Shown: positions 9,169 to 19,433, counted from the stretch's first letter. The stretch is 64,000 nucleotides of DNA from Planctomycetota bacterium (GCA_965223265.1 OZ244999.1:288001-352000), one strand, 5' to 3'. The notes: a model not told the origin generated them from the letters alone. Made by a program: numbers and translations.

Positions 9169-10614
9169 TTAGAGTCCACGGAGAAGTATGTAGACCATGT
9201 ATTGGTCATGTATGTAGGTGCGTCGACTGAACTTTTCGTCGTGTAACTTTCTGAACGCAGCTTTGATTTCGTCCCAAACTTCTTCTTGATCATCTGATGA
9301 GGTGTAAGAGAGAAGAGGAGCCATGTAGATATCATTCCCATAGCCCTTCGCCGCTTCCACGTACTGATCTGTATCGTCGTAGCGAACGGGCTCGTACGTC
9401 AATTTGGCTTCGAGGATTTTAAAGTTGTCACGAGCATGGCCAACGATCATGGGCAGAGTCTGGAGTCCGATGGGGTTTTCGAGGAAACTCTGCCACAAAT
9501 TGACGGCGTCCCCTCCGGACTTCAGGGCAATTCTTTCGCGAAGAACCTGCCTGTAGGCGCTCAAAAAATCCCGGCCCGTTCCGGCAGCAGCTATCGATGC
9601 AGCGAGCGTTCCACCGGGGAGCAATACCTCTCTGCATGCTTGGAATGCCCGGCCGATCACGGTCGAATCGAGAAGCCAATGGAACACGTTGTTGGCCAAG
9701 ATCAGACTGACACGTCCTCCCGCGGACACCCGGTTTTGAAGGGCATCTGGAGCCATCTCGCGCAAATCTGCCTCGAACACGTCTGAGTAGGTTTCACTCG
9801 CTGCCGACGTCAAGCTCGCAATCATGTTCGGGGCGTTGTCGAAGCCGAGCTTCGTGTGAGCTTCGCGTATCCAATCACATCGATGTTCCTCCACGGCGTA
9901 TTGAGCTACTTTGCCGACCAAGCCAGTTCCGCAACCGATGTCCAGCCACGAGTCGTGGCTGCTCGGGATATCTTCCCGGTCCACCGCTGTCTTGATCATT
10001 CGGAAGAGTTCGACGGCATTGCGTCGTTGCATCGAATTCTGAGCATCTAACGTCGCAGCATATCGATCAGCATTTCGTTCGAAATTCAACTTGACGACGT
10101 CAGGCAAGTCTTGGGGCCCCTTGACATTCACATGCTCTGTCAGTCGCTGATTGACGATCGGGTGGTGCCTGCCGTGTTCGTTGCTCATCGCAATCGATCC
10201 CTGAGGCGCGAGACTTGCGAACTGATCTTTGAGCTCGCGGCGAACGTCGACGACATTGCGAACGTCAATGTGATTGATTGTCGCGAGATGCTTCGGCACT
10301 TCGCCTTCTCTGATGATGGCAAGAATCTTCGCTTCTTTCGTTCCGCGTTCGATGAAATGCTGGACAATCCATTGGTACTCCGCGTGGCAAGCACCTTGTT
10401 GAGCGTCGAGACTCTCCTGGTAGCTTTTCGTTATCAAGAGAATCACATAATCGTTGTCTTGGATTTCTTTCAACACCCAGTCGGTCCAAATCGCCGTCTT
10501 CGGGATGTCTTTATCGGTGCGAACTTGGATGCCATAGCCATCTTGGAGAGTGGGAATGATCAGATCATCGATGAGTGATCGATCCTCTCGTGCGTAAGAA
10601 ACGAATGCTCGCAT
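9169..10614 (-). CDS. TIR domain fused to class I SAM-dependent methyltransferase
   Basis: N-terminal MRAFVSYAREDR..NDYVILLITKSY..ACHAEY; C-terminal WLDIGCGTG, GFDNAPNMI, ILANNVFHWL, VLLPGGTL. Confidence 0.88.
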   Translation of the reverse strand: MRAFVSYAREDRSLIDDLIIPTLQDGYGIQVRTDKDIPKTAIWTDWVLKEIQDNDYVILLITKSYQESLDAQQGACHAEYQWIVQHFIERGTKEAKILAIIREGEVPKHLATINHIDVRNVVDVRRELKDQFASLAPQGSIAMSNEHGRHHPIVNQRLTEHVNVKGPQDLPDVVKLNFERNADRYAATLDAQNSMQRRNAVELFRMIKTAVDREDIPSSHDSWLDIGCGTGLVGKVAQYAVEEHRCDWIREAHTKLGFDNAPNMIASLTSAASETYSDVFEADLREMAPDALQNRVSAGGRVSLILANNVFHWLLDSTVIGRAFQACREVLLPGGTLAASIAAAGTGRDFLSAYRQVLRERIALKSGGDAVNLWQSFLENPIGLQTLPMIVGHARDNFKILEAKLTYEPVRYDDTDQYVEAAKGYGNDIYMAPLLSYTSSDDQEEVWDEIKAAFRKLHDEKFSRRTYIHDQYMVYILLRGL

Positions 10615-11227
10615 GACTTCGCCTTTCCGTCAGTTGACGGACAGTTGGCACTAACTACTCGGCGATTCCCGTCCATCTCCTACTGGGTTAGACGCAGGAC
10701 GGCGCGCCATCCAGCGCCGTTCGGTCGACAAGCGCTAAGCTCGAACATAGGCTACGTCAGGAAGAGTTAGATTTCCATACACTCGGAGTCGACACGTCAG
10801 ACTTGGCTTGTGAGGCCGCGAGTGAGCGATGGAGCACTCTATCCGGCTGCCATGAGTGCGTTGAACGTCATCGAAAGAGTGCATCGAGGTAGTGGCAAGA
10901 GCTACGGCTCATCGTGCCGTCCGGCCATTTCACAACTGCGTAGAGTGTCGGCCGAGCTAGCTCTGTTGGCAGGTGCGTACCGAGCGCATTGCTGGTCTTT
11001 CTAGTGGCCCTCGACGCGGAAGCTGTGGCTGCGTTCGTGAGTTGGATTCGTTCGCTTCGTTTTGGCTAAGCGCCAGCAAGTAGCAGATGGGAGTCATCCA
11101 TCTTGTGTACTTTACTTTATGTACACCTACTCGATGACTTGCAGGCGATACGAACGCCGGTACCTTCGCTACTAAGGAGCAGTCTCATCTTCTTTTCGGT
11201 CGACGTCTCTCGCGACGCTGGAGGTAA

Positions 11228-12001
11228 ATGATGGTCAAGGCAGTCTTCAAAGGTTTTCGCATCCTTTTCGCTTTGCCGCTTAAGGCCACGATCTATGCAG
11301 CTCTGGTAGCAGCTGGTGCCTGTCTGGGAGTCTTTGGTCCGTCGTTGTGGGAAGCAGGCACCGAAGCGCTGGCGCTCTTGCAGAGTAGTGCGAACGATTC
11401 GACATTCGATCCTCAGGTGCTTTTGAGCCCCGAGAAGGAGCTCGATCTGATTCGCGACGTGAAAGAAGACACGGAGCCGCGACTCAAGCGCGCACAGATT
11501 CTCATTCGGAAGCAGCGCGCCGAGATTGAGTACCTCAAGGAAAGATCGACATTCATTGAGGAGCGAGTTCCCCGCGGACCTGGAGAGACCCGTACGGGCA
11601 CCGAGATTCTGCGCGGCCTCGAGGCCACCCTTGCCGACTCGACATCGGCGACGGACGAAGTCCGTGAGCGTTTTGACAGGTGGGGAGGTCCAAGGTGGAC
11701 TGCGCTTCGCGAAAAGAGCCAAGCGCTTGAGGATTCCCTCAAAGACCTCCTGCGAATGCAAGATCGCGTTGAGTTTCTCCACGATCGACTCGAGCAGCGG
11801 CGACTGGCGACACTCCGTTTCGCTCCCGACAATGAACGAGATTCCAAAGGGACGGAGCGCAAAATGGAGCTCCCTGAGGTCGAGGAGTCACGACAACTTC
11901 TTAGCCAAGTTCATGAGGAACTTTTCAAAACGGTGTACGCGCTCGATCCGACTCTAGTGAGAGAACGGCCTGAGGTCGCTTCGCACGCCAGTGGTGAATA
12001 G
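11228..12001 (+). CDS. Membrane-anchored coiled-coil hypothetical protein
   Basis: GGAGG RBS; N-terminal hydrophobic helix followed by E/R/L-rich heptad sequence. Confidence 0.7.
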   Translation: MMVKAVFKGFRILFALPLKATIYAALVAAGACLGVFGPSLWEAGTEALALLQSSANDSTFDPQVLLSPEKELDLIRDVKEDTEPRLKRAQILIRKQRAEIEYLKERSTFIEERVPRGPGETRTGTEILRGLEATLADSTSATDEVRERFDRWGGPRWTALREKSQALEDSLKDLLRMQDRVEFLHDRLEQRRLATLRFAPDNERDSKGTERKMELPEVEESRQLLSQVHEELFKTVYALDPTLVRERPEVASHASGE

Positions 12002-12059
12002 GCTGACGACGGGGGGGTGATCATAACCAAAGCGGAGGCGTTCGTCTGGAGGCGTAACC

Positions 12060-12911
12060 ATGCCCGTTGCAAAGATCGTCGTACTCACTTTTGTTGCCTT
12101 TTGCGTGCAGTGCGTCGCCATCGTCAGAGCAACCCCGACCGAACGACTGTCTGAGGAGGAGGTCTACGACAAAGTCGTCGCCTACTTGAAATCGGCTGCC
12201 GCCGACGACAAGAAATGGAAAAACGTCAAGGACAAAAAGAATCCTGACGTCGGTCTTCCGGGAAATCACGGATACGACATTGGCTATCAATTCTACGAAG
12301 AGGAGATCAAAGAGTCGGATGAAGGGCACTTTCACGCCCGGGGTATCGTGGGATGGCGCTGCGTGAGGTATTGGTATTACCCAGCTGGCGAGCACTCCGG
12401 GACTAAGAAGATACGTGTTCACTGTGTCCCGAATTACAGAGCGGACAAGGATATCGACAGTGGCTTGCCTAAGTCAGTCAAGCCGGGTGGCGGCTATGCT
12501 TTCTACCGAGCCTTGACTGTGGAGGGGAAACTTGTCTACGAGTGCCGTGCTGACGAAGCAGGCAAATTCTCGTGGAGTCTGATCGGTGTCGACTCCGGCA
12601 AACTGTACGACGAGAATCGGAAGAGTGTCGGGGACGTTTCGGTCGACGAAGGCAAGTGGGTCTGGACCATCGACGGCAAGAGGGTCACTGGCAAGTTGGA
12701 AGACGGGAAAGTGTCGACACCGAAGAGACCCGGGGCTGCTAACTGGCAACGCTTTAAGGTAACAGAGGATCCGCACACTTTGGCGAAGTACGTCGTACGA
12801 CTCAACACAAAGGGCGGTGCGGCTCCAGTAGGCGGTTGCAACGCGACGCATCACGGCACGGAAGCTCGAGTTCCGTTCACAGCGTCCTATCGTTTCTACC
12901 GTGTGGAGTAG
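12060..12911 (+). CDS. Secreted protein with C-terminal DUF3455-like domain
   Basis: Signal peptide ending VRA; GKLVYEC..W..LYDEN..VG; YVVRLNTKGGAAP..C..RVPFTASYRFY. Confidence 0.75.
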   Translation: MPVAKIVVLTFVAFCVQCVAIVRATPTERLSEEEVYDKVVAYLKSAAADDKKWKNVKDKKNPDVGLPGNHGYDIGYQFYEEEIKESDEGHFHARGIVGWRCVRYWYYPAGEHSGTKKIRVHCVPNYRADKDIDSGLPKSVKPGGGYAFYRALTVEGKLVYECRADEAGKFSWSLIGVDSGKLYDENRKSVGDVSVDEGKWVWTIDGKRVTGKLEDGKVSTPKRPGAANWQRFKVTEDPHTLAKYVVRLNTKGGAAPVGGCNATHHGTEARVPFTASYRFYRVE

Positions 12912-12920
12912 GCGGTAGCG

Positions 12921-13490
12921 CTAAGTCGCGCCGGCGTCAGCTATGTTGCTTCCACGACTCTCAGAGGCGATGAGGCGTTCGATCTCGGCACGTTCGTTCG
13001 CGAAACCCTCCCCGATGTCTGAGCGCATGGCGAGGATGAGCTCGAGAAGAGACGGCTCGATCTCGTCGTCGTCGCCGCACGCTCGTTTGAAGTCTCCATA
13101 GCGGCTCAAGACACCTCGTGGCGCTGACAGTAAAAACCTCGGCTCGATCATCGCGACGCTTGTCGTGAACTCGGTGGGATTCATCGGCGCGCGTACCTGC
13201 CGGAGGCCGAGACTAACAAGCTCTTCGTACATCCTTCCCCTGTCTTCTTTCATACGTGCCCGAGCTGTAAGCCTAGCACCGCCCCGGAAACCACCCGAGA
13301 TGACAAGAGCACCCAACACCAGTGCTACTGAGACCACGAGCAACACGGTCGCTGTTTCGTGTTGAAGCTTCGAAACGTTGCCCTTCAGGTACGCAAAGAG
13401 TCGGTAGCCTCCCCAGCTGACCAAGGCAAGAGCAGCAAGGCCGACTATGAGCTGTGCGATAGGTCTGAGCATCTTCATCCGACTCGCCAA
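12921..13490 (-). CDS. Two-TM membrane protein at the end of the eCIS operon (candidate immunity or anchor)
   Basis: Begins 10-22 nt after the toxin stop; two hydrophobic helices then a soluble helical domain. Confidence 0.6.
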   Translation of the reverse strand: MASRMKMLRPIAQLIVGLAALALVSWGGYRLFAYLKGNVSKLQHETATVLLVVSVALVLGALVISGGFRGGARLTARARMKEDRGRMYEELVSLGLRQVRAPMNPTEFTTSVAMIEPRFLLSAPRGVLSRYGDFKRACGDDDEIEPSLLELILAMRSDIGEGFANERAEIERLIASESRGSNIADAGAT

Positions 13491-13500
13491 AGGTAGTCGT

Positions 13501-16500
13501 CTACAGTTCTAATAGACTGCCGCTTGCGTCAAAAGTTACGATTCTCGGGCTCGGTGGAGGCGCCACTTCGATGTGTATTAAGAGGCTTCTCGTGCGCTCT
13601 CCGGGGATCCTTTGCACCAAGTCATATTCGGCTGTTCTCAAGAATGGGACAAGCCCGACGGGTGACGCAAACTCCTGAGCTTCCGCCCGGGCCAAGAGCT
13701 GGAGAGTGCCGTTGCGGCTATTTGTCAGCTGAGAAGCTTGGCGGATCATGCTCTCTATACGATCGTTCTGCCACCTCAGGTTTACCGAACGTGGCCCGAG
13801 CCACAGACCAGCGGCCGCTTCATCGCCAAATCCAGGTCCCCAAAGATGAAGTTGTTGCCACTGATGAGGGTTCGGGAGCCCCACCTCGCGCGGACTGAAG
13901 AGGAAACTTCGTCGACTGTTGAAGTTGGCAAGCCGCCCTCCAGGAGGAGGGCGCACGACACCCTCAAGGCTAACGCCGTAGATTCCGCCGGGGGTGCGAC
14001 GTATTGTTATACGCTGCACGCCCGGAGTCGGCACTCTGCCTTCAGTAAAAGCTGTTCGCCGCTCGAAATCGGTGAGCTGGGACGCGTCGCCTCGAATTCT
14101 GCCGGTTTCGGGGTGAAACACCACACAGAATGGAGCCGTGCTATGGCGGCACCACCGACCTGGCGCGCTCTGTCGCCATGTGTGCCCGCCGAGCGTGACT
14201 TCGTCGAGCCCCGGTCGTGCTTCTAAGCGACGGCGGACAATCGCGAGTTCGGCGTCGAGCTCGGCTCCCGTCAGATCTCGTCCTTCCCTTCGTGTCGTCC
14301 GATTGACGACGGAGGTCTCATCCGGGGTGAGCTCGTCGGCTCGACGCGATCGAACCGACGGTTCGTCCCCTACTCGACGAGACGCCCTTACACGCTCCGC
14401 TACATCGTCCGTCCCTCGTCTTCCCGCGCTCGCGGCTTCGTCGGCGTAACGTAGAATCGGTCTCAATGCGGATTCTACGCGCCTCACGATGGCTCGCATG
14501 CCCGGCAGCCGACTAACGTAGCTTGCCATGCTCGCGAGGAATCCCATCATTGGACGCAGCAGTGGTCCAACGACCCGCGTCAGCACGCCGAAGATCTCGC
14601 CCCCAAGATCAAGGAGTCGAACGAGCATCCTGAGGGGCCATTTGAGAGCATTCAAGGCCGCCGAGCCACCGGCGGTCAAGAGAGCTAACACGATTTCGAA
14701 GAGCACCATGCCAGCGACGAATCCGACTCTATTGCCGACCTGGAAATCGGGAAGGCCGATGAACTCTAGAAAAGCGTTCGCCATGCGACGGCCAAGTCCG
14801 GCTGCGCCTGTAACCAGACGATCCCACGCTTGCCACAATATGTTGAAGAGACCCGTTTCGTTCGCAACGTCGCGGCTACTCGCTTGCTCTTGACCACTTC
14901 TCCATTCAGCTTCGGCGCCTTCCATCGACGCCGCTGCAGCACCGATTGACTGCATCGTCTCCGGACTCGGTGGGGCGGGAGTCTGTTCGGCTCGCGCGGG
15001 CGCTGCCGCGTCTAGGTTGCCTCCGACCTCCTCGCTCCCCTCCTGGGCGTCGAGCGCCGCATTCAGCAGAGACGCCTCAACCTCGTCGCGTTGCATCCCT
15101 GCGATTTGAAGGTCGTCTGTCGACCGTGTGGACGGTGCCGGCTGTGAACCTCCGCTGTCGACTGTCGAGCTACTTATAGCGGGCGGCGAACTCGGTGCTA
15201 GCGATGGAGGCGCAATGGACCTTCCTACGGCTGCTAGCGGCGTTTCGCCGAAAACTCGTTGGAATGTGCTGTGAAGGAGTCGATTCAATCCGCTAACGAC
15301 TCGAATCAGAAGGGCGATGATTTCAAATGGTTCCACCAGGCCTGACCAAATCCCACGGAGAAGCCCCCAGGAGTAACCTGCCAAAAGCCGTGCAGATCCT
15401 CCCACCAGCTCGGCAATTCGATTCGCCACCTGGACGCGAAGCTGGACGGTCTCTTGGTCTTGTCCACGGAATCGATTGAGAAATCCGAGTGCGCTACGTT
15501 TGAGAAGTGTACCCAACGGACCCAATCCGAGAAACGCAGGAAAGCCCAGAAGAAACGTATACAGAACCTCAATCACAAACGTCGCGATCGGTGGCTTGAG
15601 GCGCTCGGGGACAAGTCCCCAGAGAGCCCGTGCGAAGAGAACTGGAATGCGCAGAGGGTTCGCAACTGTAAGGATTAGCTGCCCGAGGAAATCAAGGATT
15701 GGCTCTAGGAACGCGACGACAGCCCGGAACGCTTCGCTCAGCGCGTTCACAAGACCTGTAAAGTCGTTCCTCGCCCAATCCGCGAGTGCGTGGAATTGCC
15801 GAGCGATGAAATTCATCACGCGCTGAAACGACCGAACGCAGCCATTCACTCCCAGCGCGGTCTGAAGACCTTCAAAAGAACCGCTGAGGCTGGCGGTTAG
15901 ACCGCTCAGCCAGGTGGCAGCGTTGGCCATAGCGCCAGCAGCAACGGCTGAAATGCGGATCACCGATGGAATGATGTCTTCGTGGAGAATCTCGCGTGCA
16001 CGCACCAAGACATCGGTGGCGTTCCAGTTGTTCCAGAGCCATCTGAGTCGTTCCCAGAGCGGAAGAATCACTTCGTTAAGAACGATGAACGGCCCGAGAG
16101 GAGAGAAGAGGAGAAAAACTCCACCGATCACTCTCAGGGGGCCCATGATCGGCTGGAGCGTCCTGGTGACGGTTTCCCAGAAAGCCGAAGCTTTCTCGAC
16201 AATCCATTCGCGAGCTCCCGCGCTACTTTCCCAGGCGAGATTGAACTGTGCTTTGACCCAGTTCCATGCACGTGTGCCCAGGTCTCGTATTGGCTCGGTT
16301 ACATCCCATACCCAATCCGCGAGCGACGTGATCGTGTTCCACACTTCGCTCCCCGCGGCAGTCAGAAAATCAGCGACCGGTCTACCGACCGTTTGCCAAA
16401 TCTGGTTGACCTTCTCCTGCACGCCCTGGATGAAACCCTGAAGCCGACCGATGAACGGGAGACCATATTCCTGGATGGCAACGACAACTGGTTCCAGGAT

Positions 16501-17601
16501 GGATCCGAGCATCTCACTCGCGCTCGAACGTATGTCCCCGAGGAAAACTCCAACGCCCTCGCGAGCCGAACGGAAGGAGCCCGCGATTCCACCGACGACA
16601 TCGCGAAGCTCGAAACCACTCAGAATCCTGGCCACGAAAGTGTCCACACCGTCGCAGAGAAGACGCGTCAGTCGTGGACCGATACCCTCACGAAAGAATT
16701 GTAGGGCGTTGGGTGCAGCCCATTCGATGGCGGACTCGATCGAACCGCCAAGGAAGGAGAGCGTCCTATCGAGAAAATCCGGTTCTTCGTCTTCCTCCGT
16801 CTGACGCTGGACGAGCGCGCTATCGGTATGCTGCTGCACTGGCATCGGGCGCGACGTAGATGATTCGTTGGACACAGATCGTTTAGCTGTATCATGGCGA
16901 GCTACGCTGGTAGCAGCCCCTTGCTGAACGACATGGGTCAGCTCGTGCGCTATGAGTCGTCGGCCGCTCTCTGTCCCGGGAACGAACTCTCCGGCAGCGA
17001 ATCCTATGTGATTCCCGACGGCGAAGGCGCGGGCGTTCAGCGAACGCGCCACCTCCGCTGAGCGAGCGTCGGTGTGAATTCGCGTGCCACTGAAGTCTCG
17101 CCCAAAACGTGCTTCGAAGAACTCGCGTGTTTCGGGCGCCAGCGGCGATCCACCCGAGCGCAGCGATGCTATGCGACGTTCGAGATCGCCCGCAGCGGCG
17201 CAGTTCTTCGACCCTCGATCATAATGACGTTGTACGTACCGTGAGACGCGGGTCCCGACGGTGTGGTTTGAATGACTCGTCGGTGATGTGACGCTTGGTG
17301 TCACCGAGGGCGGCGCCCGGACGACCATTTCGGCGACTCGATCGGCCTCCTCTTCGAATCGATCTCTGCGGGATCCGATGCGGAGTTTCGTTTGAACCGA
17401 GTCTTCTTCGTCTGATCGGCAGTTCGGGCACGTTCCATCACACGCGCAGCTTGCTTTGCGTTGAACCAACCAGTCGGTCGATGCCGGGCGGCGAGCCTGA
17501 GAGACAACCTCCTGGCGCGAACGTGCCCGCTGCAGGGCCGATTGCCTGTTCGGTGCATCAGCACGTTTCTTGCTAGCATGAATCATCGAATTGTTGCACA
17601 A
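13501..17601 (-). CDS. eCIS effector: DUF4157 + long amphipathic helical region + C-terminal Ntox4-like toxin
   Basis: GSPL..TREFFEARFGRDFSGTRIHTD..NARAFAVGNHI..LIAHELTHVVQQ; C-terminal QLHLWGPGFGDEAAAGLWLGPRSVNLRWQNDRIE. DUF4157 is secure, toxin family moderate. Confidence 0.85.
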   Translation of the reverse strand: MCNNSMIHASKKRADAPNRQSALQRARSRQEVVSQARRPASTDWLVQRKASCACDGTCPNCRSDEEDSVQTKLRIGSRRDRFEEEADRVAEMVVRAPPSVTPSVTSPTSHSNHTVGTRVSRYVQRHYDRGSKNCAAAGDLERRIASLRSGGSPLAPETREFFEARFGRDFSGTRIHTDARSAEVARSLNARAFAVGNHIGFAAGEFVPGTESGRRLIAHELTHVVQQGAATSVARHDTAKRSVSNESSTSRPMPVQQHTDSALVQRQTEEDEEPDFLDRTLSFLGGSIESAIEWAAPNALQFFREGIGPRLTRLLCDGVDTFVARILSGFELRDVVGGIAGSFRSAREGVGVFLGDIRSSASEMLGSILEPVVVAIQEYGLPFIGRLQGFIQGVQEKVNQIWQTVGRPVADFLTAAGSEVWNTITSLADWVWDVTEPIRDLGTRAWNWVKAQFNLAWESSAGAREWIVEKASAFWETVTRTLQPIMGPLRVIGGVFLLFSPLGPFIVLNEVILPLWERLRWLWNNWNATDVLVRAREILHEDIIPSVIRISAVAAGAMANAATWLSGLTASLSGSFEGLQTALGVNGCVRSFQRVMNFIARQFHALADWARNDFTGLVNALSEAFRAVVAFLEPILDFLGQLILTVANPLRIPVLFARALWGLVPERLKPPIATFVIEVLYTFLLGFPAFLGLGPLGTLLKRSALGFLNRFRGQDQETVQLRVQVANRIAELVGGSARLLAGYSWGLLRGIWSGLVEPFEIIALLIRVVSGLNRLLHSTFQRVFGETPLAAVGRSIAPPSLAPSSPPAISSSTVDSGGSQPAPSTRSTDDLQIAGMQRDEVEASLLNAALDAQEGSEEVGGNLDAAAPARAEQTPAPPSPETMQSIGAAAASMEGAEAEWRSGQEQASSRDVANETGLFNILWQAWDRLVTGAAGLGRRMANAFLEFIGLPDFQVGNRVGFVAGMVLFEIVLALLTAGGSAALNALKWPLRMLVRLLDLGGEIFGVLTRVVGPLLRPMMGFLASMASYVSRLPGMRAIVRRVESALRPILRYADEAASAGRRGTDDVAERVRASRRVGDEPSVRSRRADELTPDETSVVNRTTRREGRDLTGAELDAELAIVRRRLEARPGLDEVTLGGHTWRQSAPGRWCRHSTAPFCVVFHPETGRIRGDASQLTDFERRTAFTEGRVPTPGVQRITIRRTPGGIYGVSLEGVVRPPPGGRLANFNSRRSFLFSPREVGLPNPHQWQQLHLWGPGFGDEAAAGLWLGPRSVNLRWQNDRIESMIRQASQLTNSRNGTLQLLARAEAQEFASPVGLVPFLRTAEYDLVQRIPGERTRSLLIHIEVAPPPSPRIVTFDASGSLLEL

Positions 17602-17627
17602 ACGCTTTGAACAACGGCGACCGCCTG

Positions 17628-19433
17628 CTAGAAGCGAACGCCCACCCCTGCAGTGCCTCCGCCTAGCACACCCTCGCTCCCCGAGAACGCCTCATCCGAA
17701 ATGAGGACAAATCCACCCACTCTCCAGAAGAATCTTGCTCCCTCGGTTCCGAACTCCTGACCCACACCTGCTGAAATCATCAGGTGAAAGTTGCCGCGGA
17801 GTCGTCCCACTTCGCGTGTCGGTATTTCGGCCAGGAGGCCGGCTTCGAGGTCGAAGAAGAGTGGATTTGAGACCCGACCGCCAAAACCAGGGCGATCACC
17901 GCTGCTTTCGAGGATGCGTGTTCCGACGGTGCCACCTACGAGCAGGTGGTCGGGCGAGAGATACACGCCACGCGCGCCAAGGTTCAGGCTTGCAATGCGC
18001 CCGAGGATCAAATCGGCTCCGACAATCGCTGCTCCGCCGGGACTCACACCTTGCCCACCGAAACCGCCGCCGCGAAGCGAGACGGATCCGCCGACGTTCG
18101 ATGGAGCTCGTTCGGGCTCGGGTTCGGTCACTGGTTCGGTGCGCTGGGCCGCGCGCTCGGCTTCGAGAGCCGTTCGTCTGCGTTCCTCTTCTCTGCGCCG
18201 AGCTTCGTTTTTCAGTCGTTCCTCTAGAGCGTCGAGTTCGCCTGAAAATCTCCTCAGATATCGTAGGAATTCGGGTTCAATTTCTCCGCGCTCAACGTTT
18301 GCTCCGTGTCCCGTCGGAAACAGAGCGGAACGCCGAGCGTTGACGAACCAGACATGCAGCAGCTCATGGTGCAGCGTCGATGCCATGCTAGACTCCGGGT
18401 CTGTGTAACTGAATACAATCAGAGCGTTACGCGGCGTAGGCCACGAGCCTCCTAGTGGGATGGCGCGGCTGTTGGGATCGCGCGGCTCGCGGCTCTGCAC
18501 CCAGACGGTGTAGCGCGGAGCGTTCGGAGTGTCGGGATCGAATTTTCCAGAGGCATCTGTCGTTTCTGGAGGGCGCTCGAGGGGAAACAGAACCGAGATC
18601 CGAGAGCGGCATCTCTGTTGCCCTCGGCAAAACATACGCCAGAGACTGTGAACCAGGTTGGCGCCAGAGGTCGTGAGAAGGAAGCGACGAATCGCTTCCC
18701 GTGCGACCCGCTGTCTCGCCTCGCCCTCCGGAAGTTGTACACTCTCTATGATCGCGTCCCAGCTATCCTGAGCATCTTCGCCTGGCGTTCGCTGGATCGC
18801 TTCGGACGGGGTGCGGGTTATTCCCAGCGTAGGCGCTGTACCTAATCGCCTCTGCACGCCCCCTTGTTGGATCGTATGCGTTAGTTCATGCGCGATAAGA
18901 AGCCGACCGGAAGATGTCTCAGGCGAGTACTCCCCTGATGCGAAAGTGATGTCTCTTCCGACCGTGTACGCGCGTGCATCGAAGCCTTGCGCGGATCTGG
19001 CTGCCTGTGAGTCTCTATGCAGGCGTACGCCGCTAAGGTCGTAGCCGAATCTCGGTTCGAAAAAGGAGCGAAGCGAGCTTGAAAGCGGGTGTCCGCTGCT
19101 GGCGGAGTTGTCGCTCAGGTCTCCTCGGGCCGACGAGCGAGATTCTGCGTACGCCGCCGGCGCGGACCGCACCGGGTTGGCCATCCGCAGGACACGGTTG
19201 GCTACTCGATCTGCTTCCTTTTCATGTCGATCTCCCGGCTGACTGATGCGCAGATTCGAGCTTCGGCAGCGGGGACAAGTGCCGCCGCAAGAGCACGACG
19301 CTTTGCGCTGAATCAGTGAAACCGTCCAGACCTGGCGATCAGGTCGATGCTGAGGCCGGCGCACCGAGTCCTCACCACGGACTTGCCGCTTCCTTCCTGG
19401 CGTTCCGACTTCTCTTATCGCGCTCGCCTGCAT
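17628..19433 (-). CDS. eCIS effector: DUF4157 + second HExxH domain + C-terminal beta-barrel-like domain
   Basis: FFEPRFGYDLSGVRLH..ARAYTVG..LIAHELTHTIQQ; TLHHELLHVWF; Gly-rich alternating strands ending GGTAGVGVRF. Confidence 0.85.
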   Translation of the reverse strand: MQASAIREVGTPGRKRQVRGEDSVRRPQHRPDRQVWTVSLIQRKASCSCGGTCPRCRSSNLRISQPGDRHEKEADRVANRVLRMANPVRSAPAAYAESRSSARGDLSDNSASSGHPLSSSLRSFFEPRFGYDLSGVRLHRDSQAARSAQGFDARAYTVGRDITFASGEYSPETSSGRLLIAHELTHTIQQGGVQRRLGTAPTLGITRTPSEAIQRTPGEDAQDSWDAIIESVQLPEGEARQRVAREAIRRFLLTTSGANLVHSLWRMFCRGQQRCRSRISVLFPLERPPETTDASGKFDPDTPNAPRYTVWVQSREPRDPNSRAIPLGGSWPTPRNALIVFSYTDPESSMASTLHHELLHVWFVNARRSALFPTGHGANVERGEIEPEFLRYLRRFSGELDALEERLKNEARRREEERRRTALEAERAAQRTEPVTEPEPERAPSNVGGSVSLRGGGFGGQGVSPGGAAIVGADLILGRIASLNLGARGVYLSPDHLLVGGTVGTRILESSGDRPGFGGRVSNPLFFDLEAGLLAEIPTREVGRLRGNFHLMISAGVGQEFGTEGARFFWRVGGFVLISDEAFSGSEGVLGGGTAGVGVRF

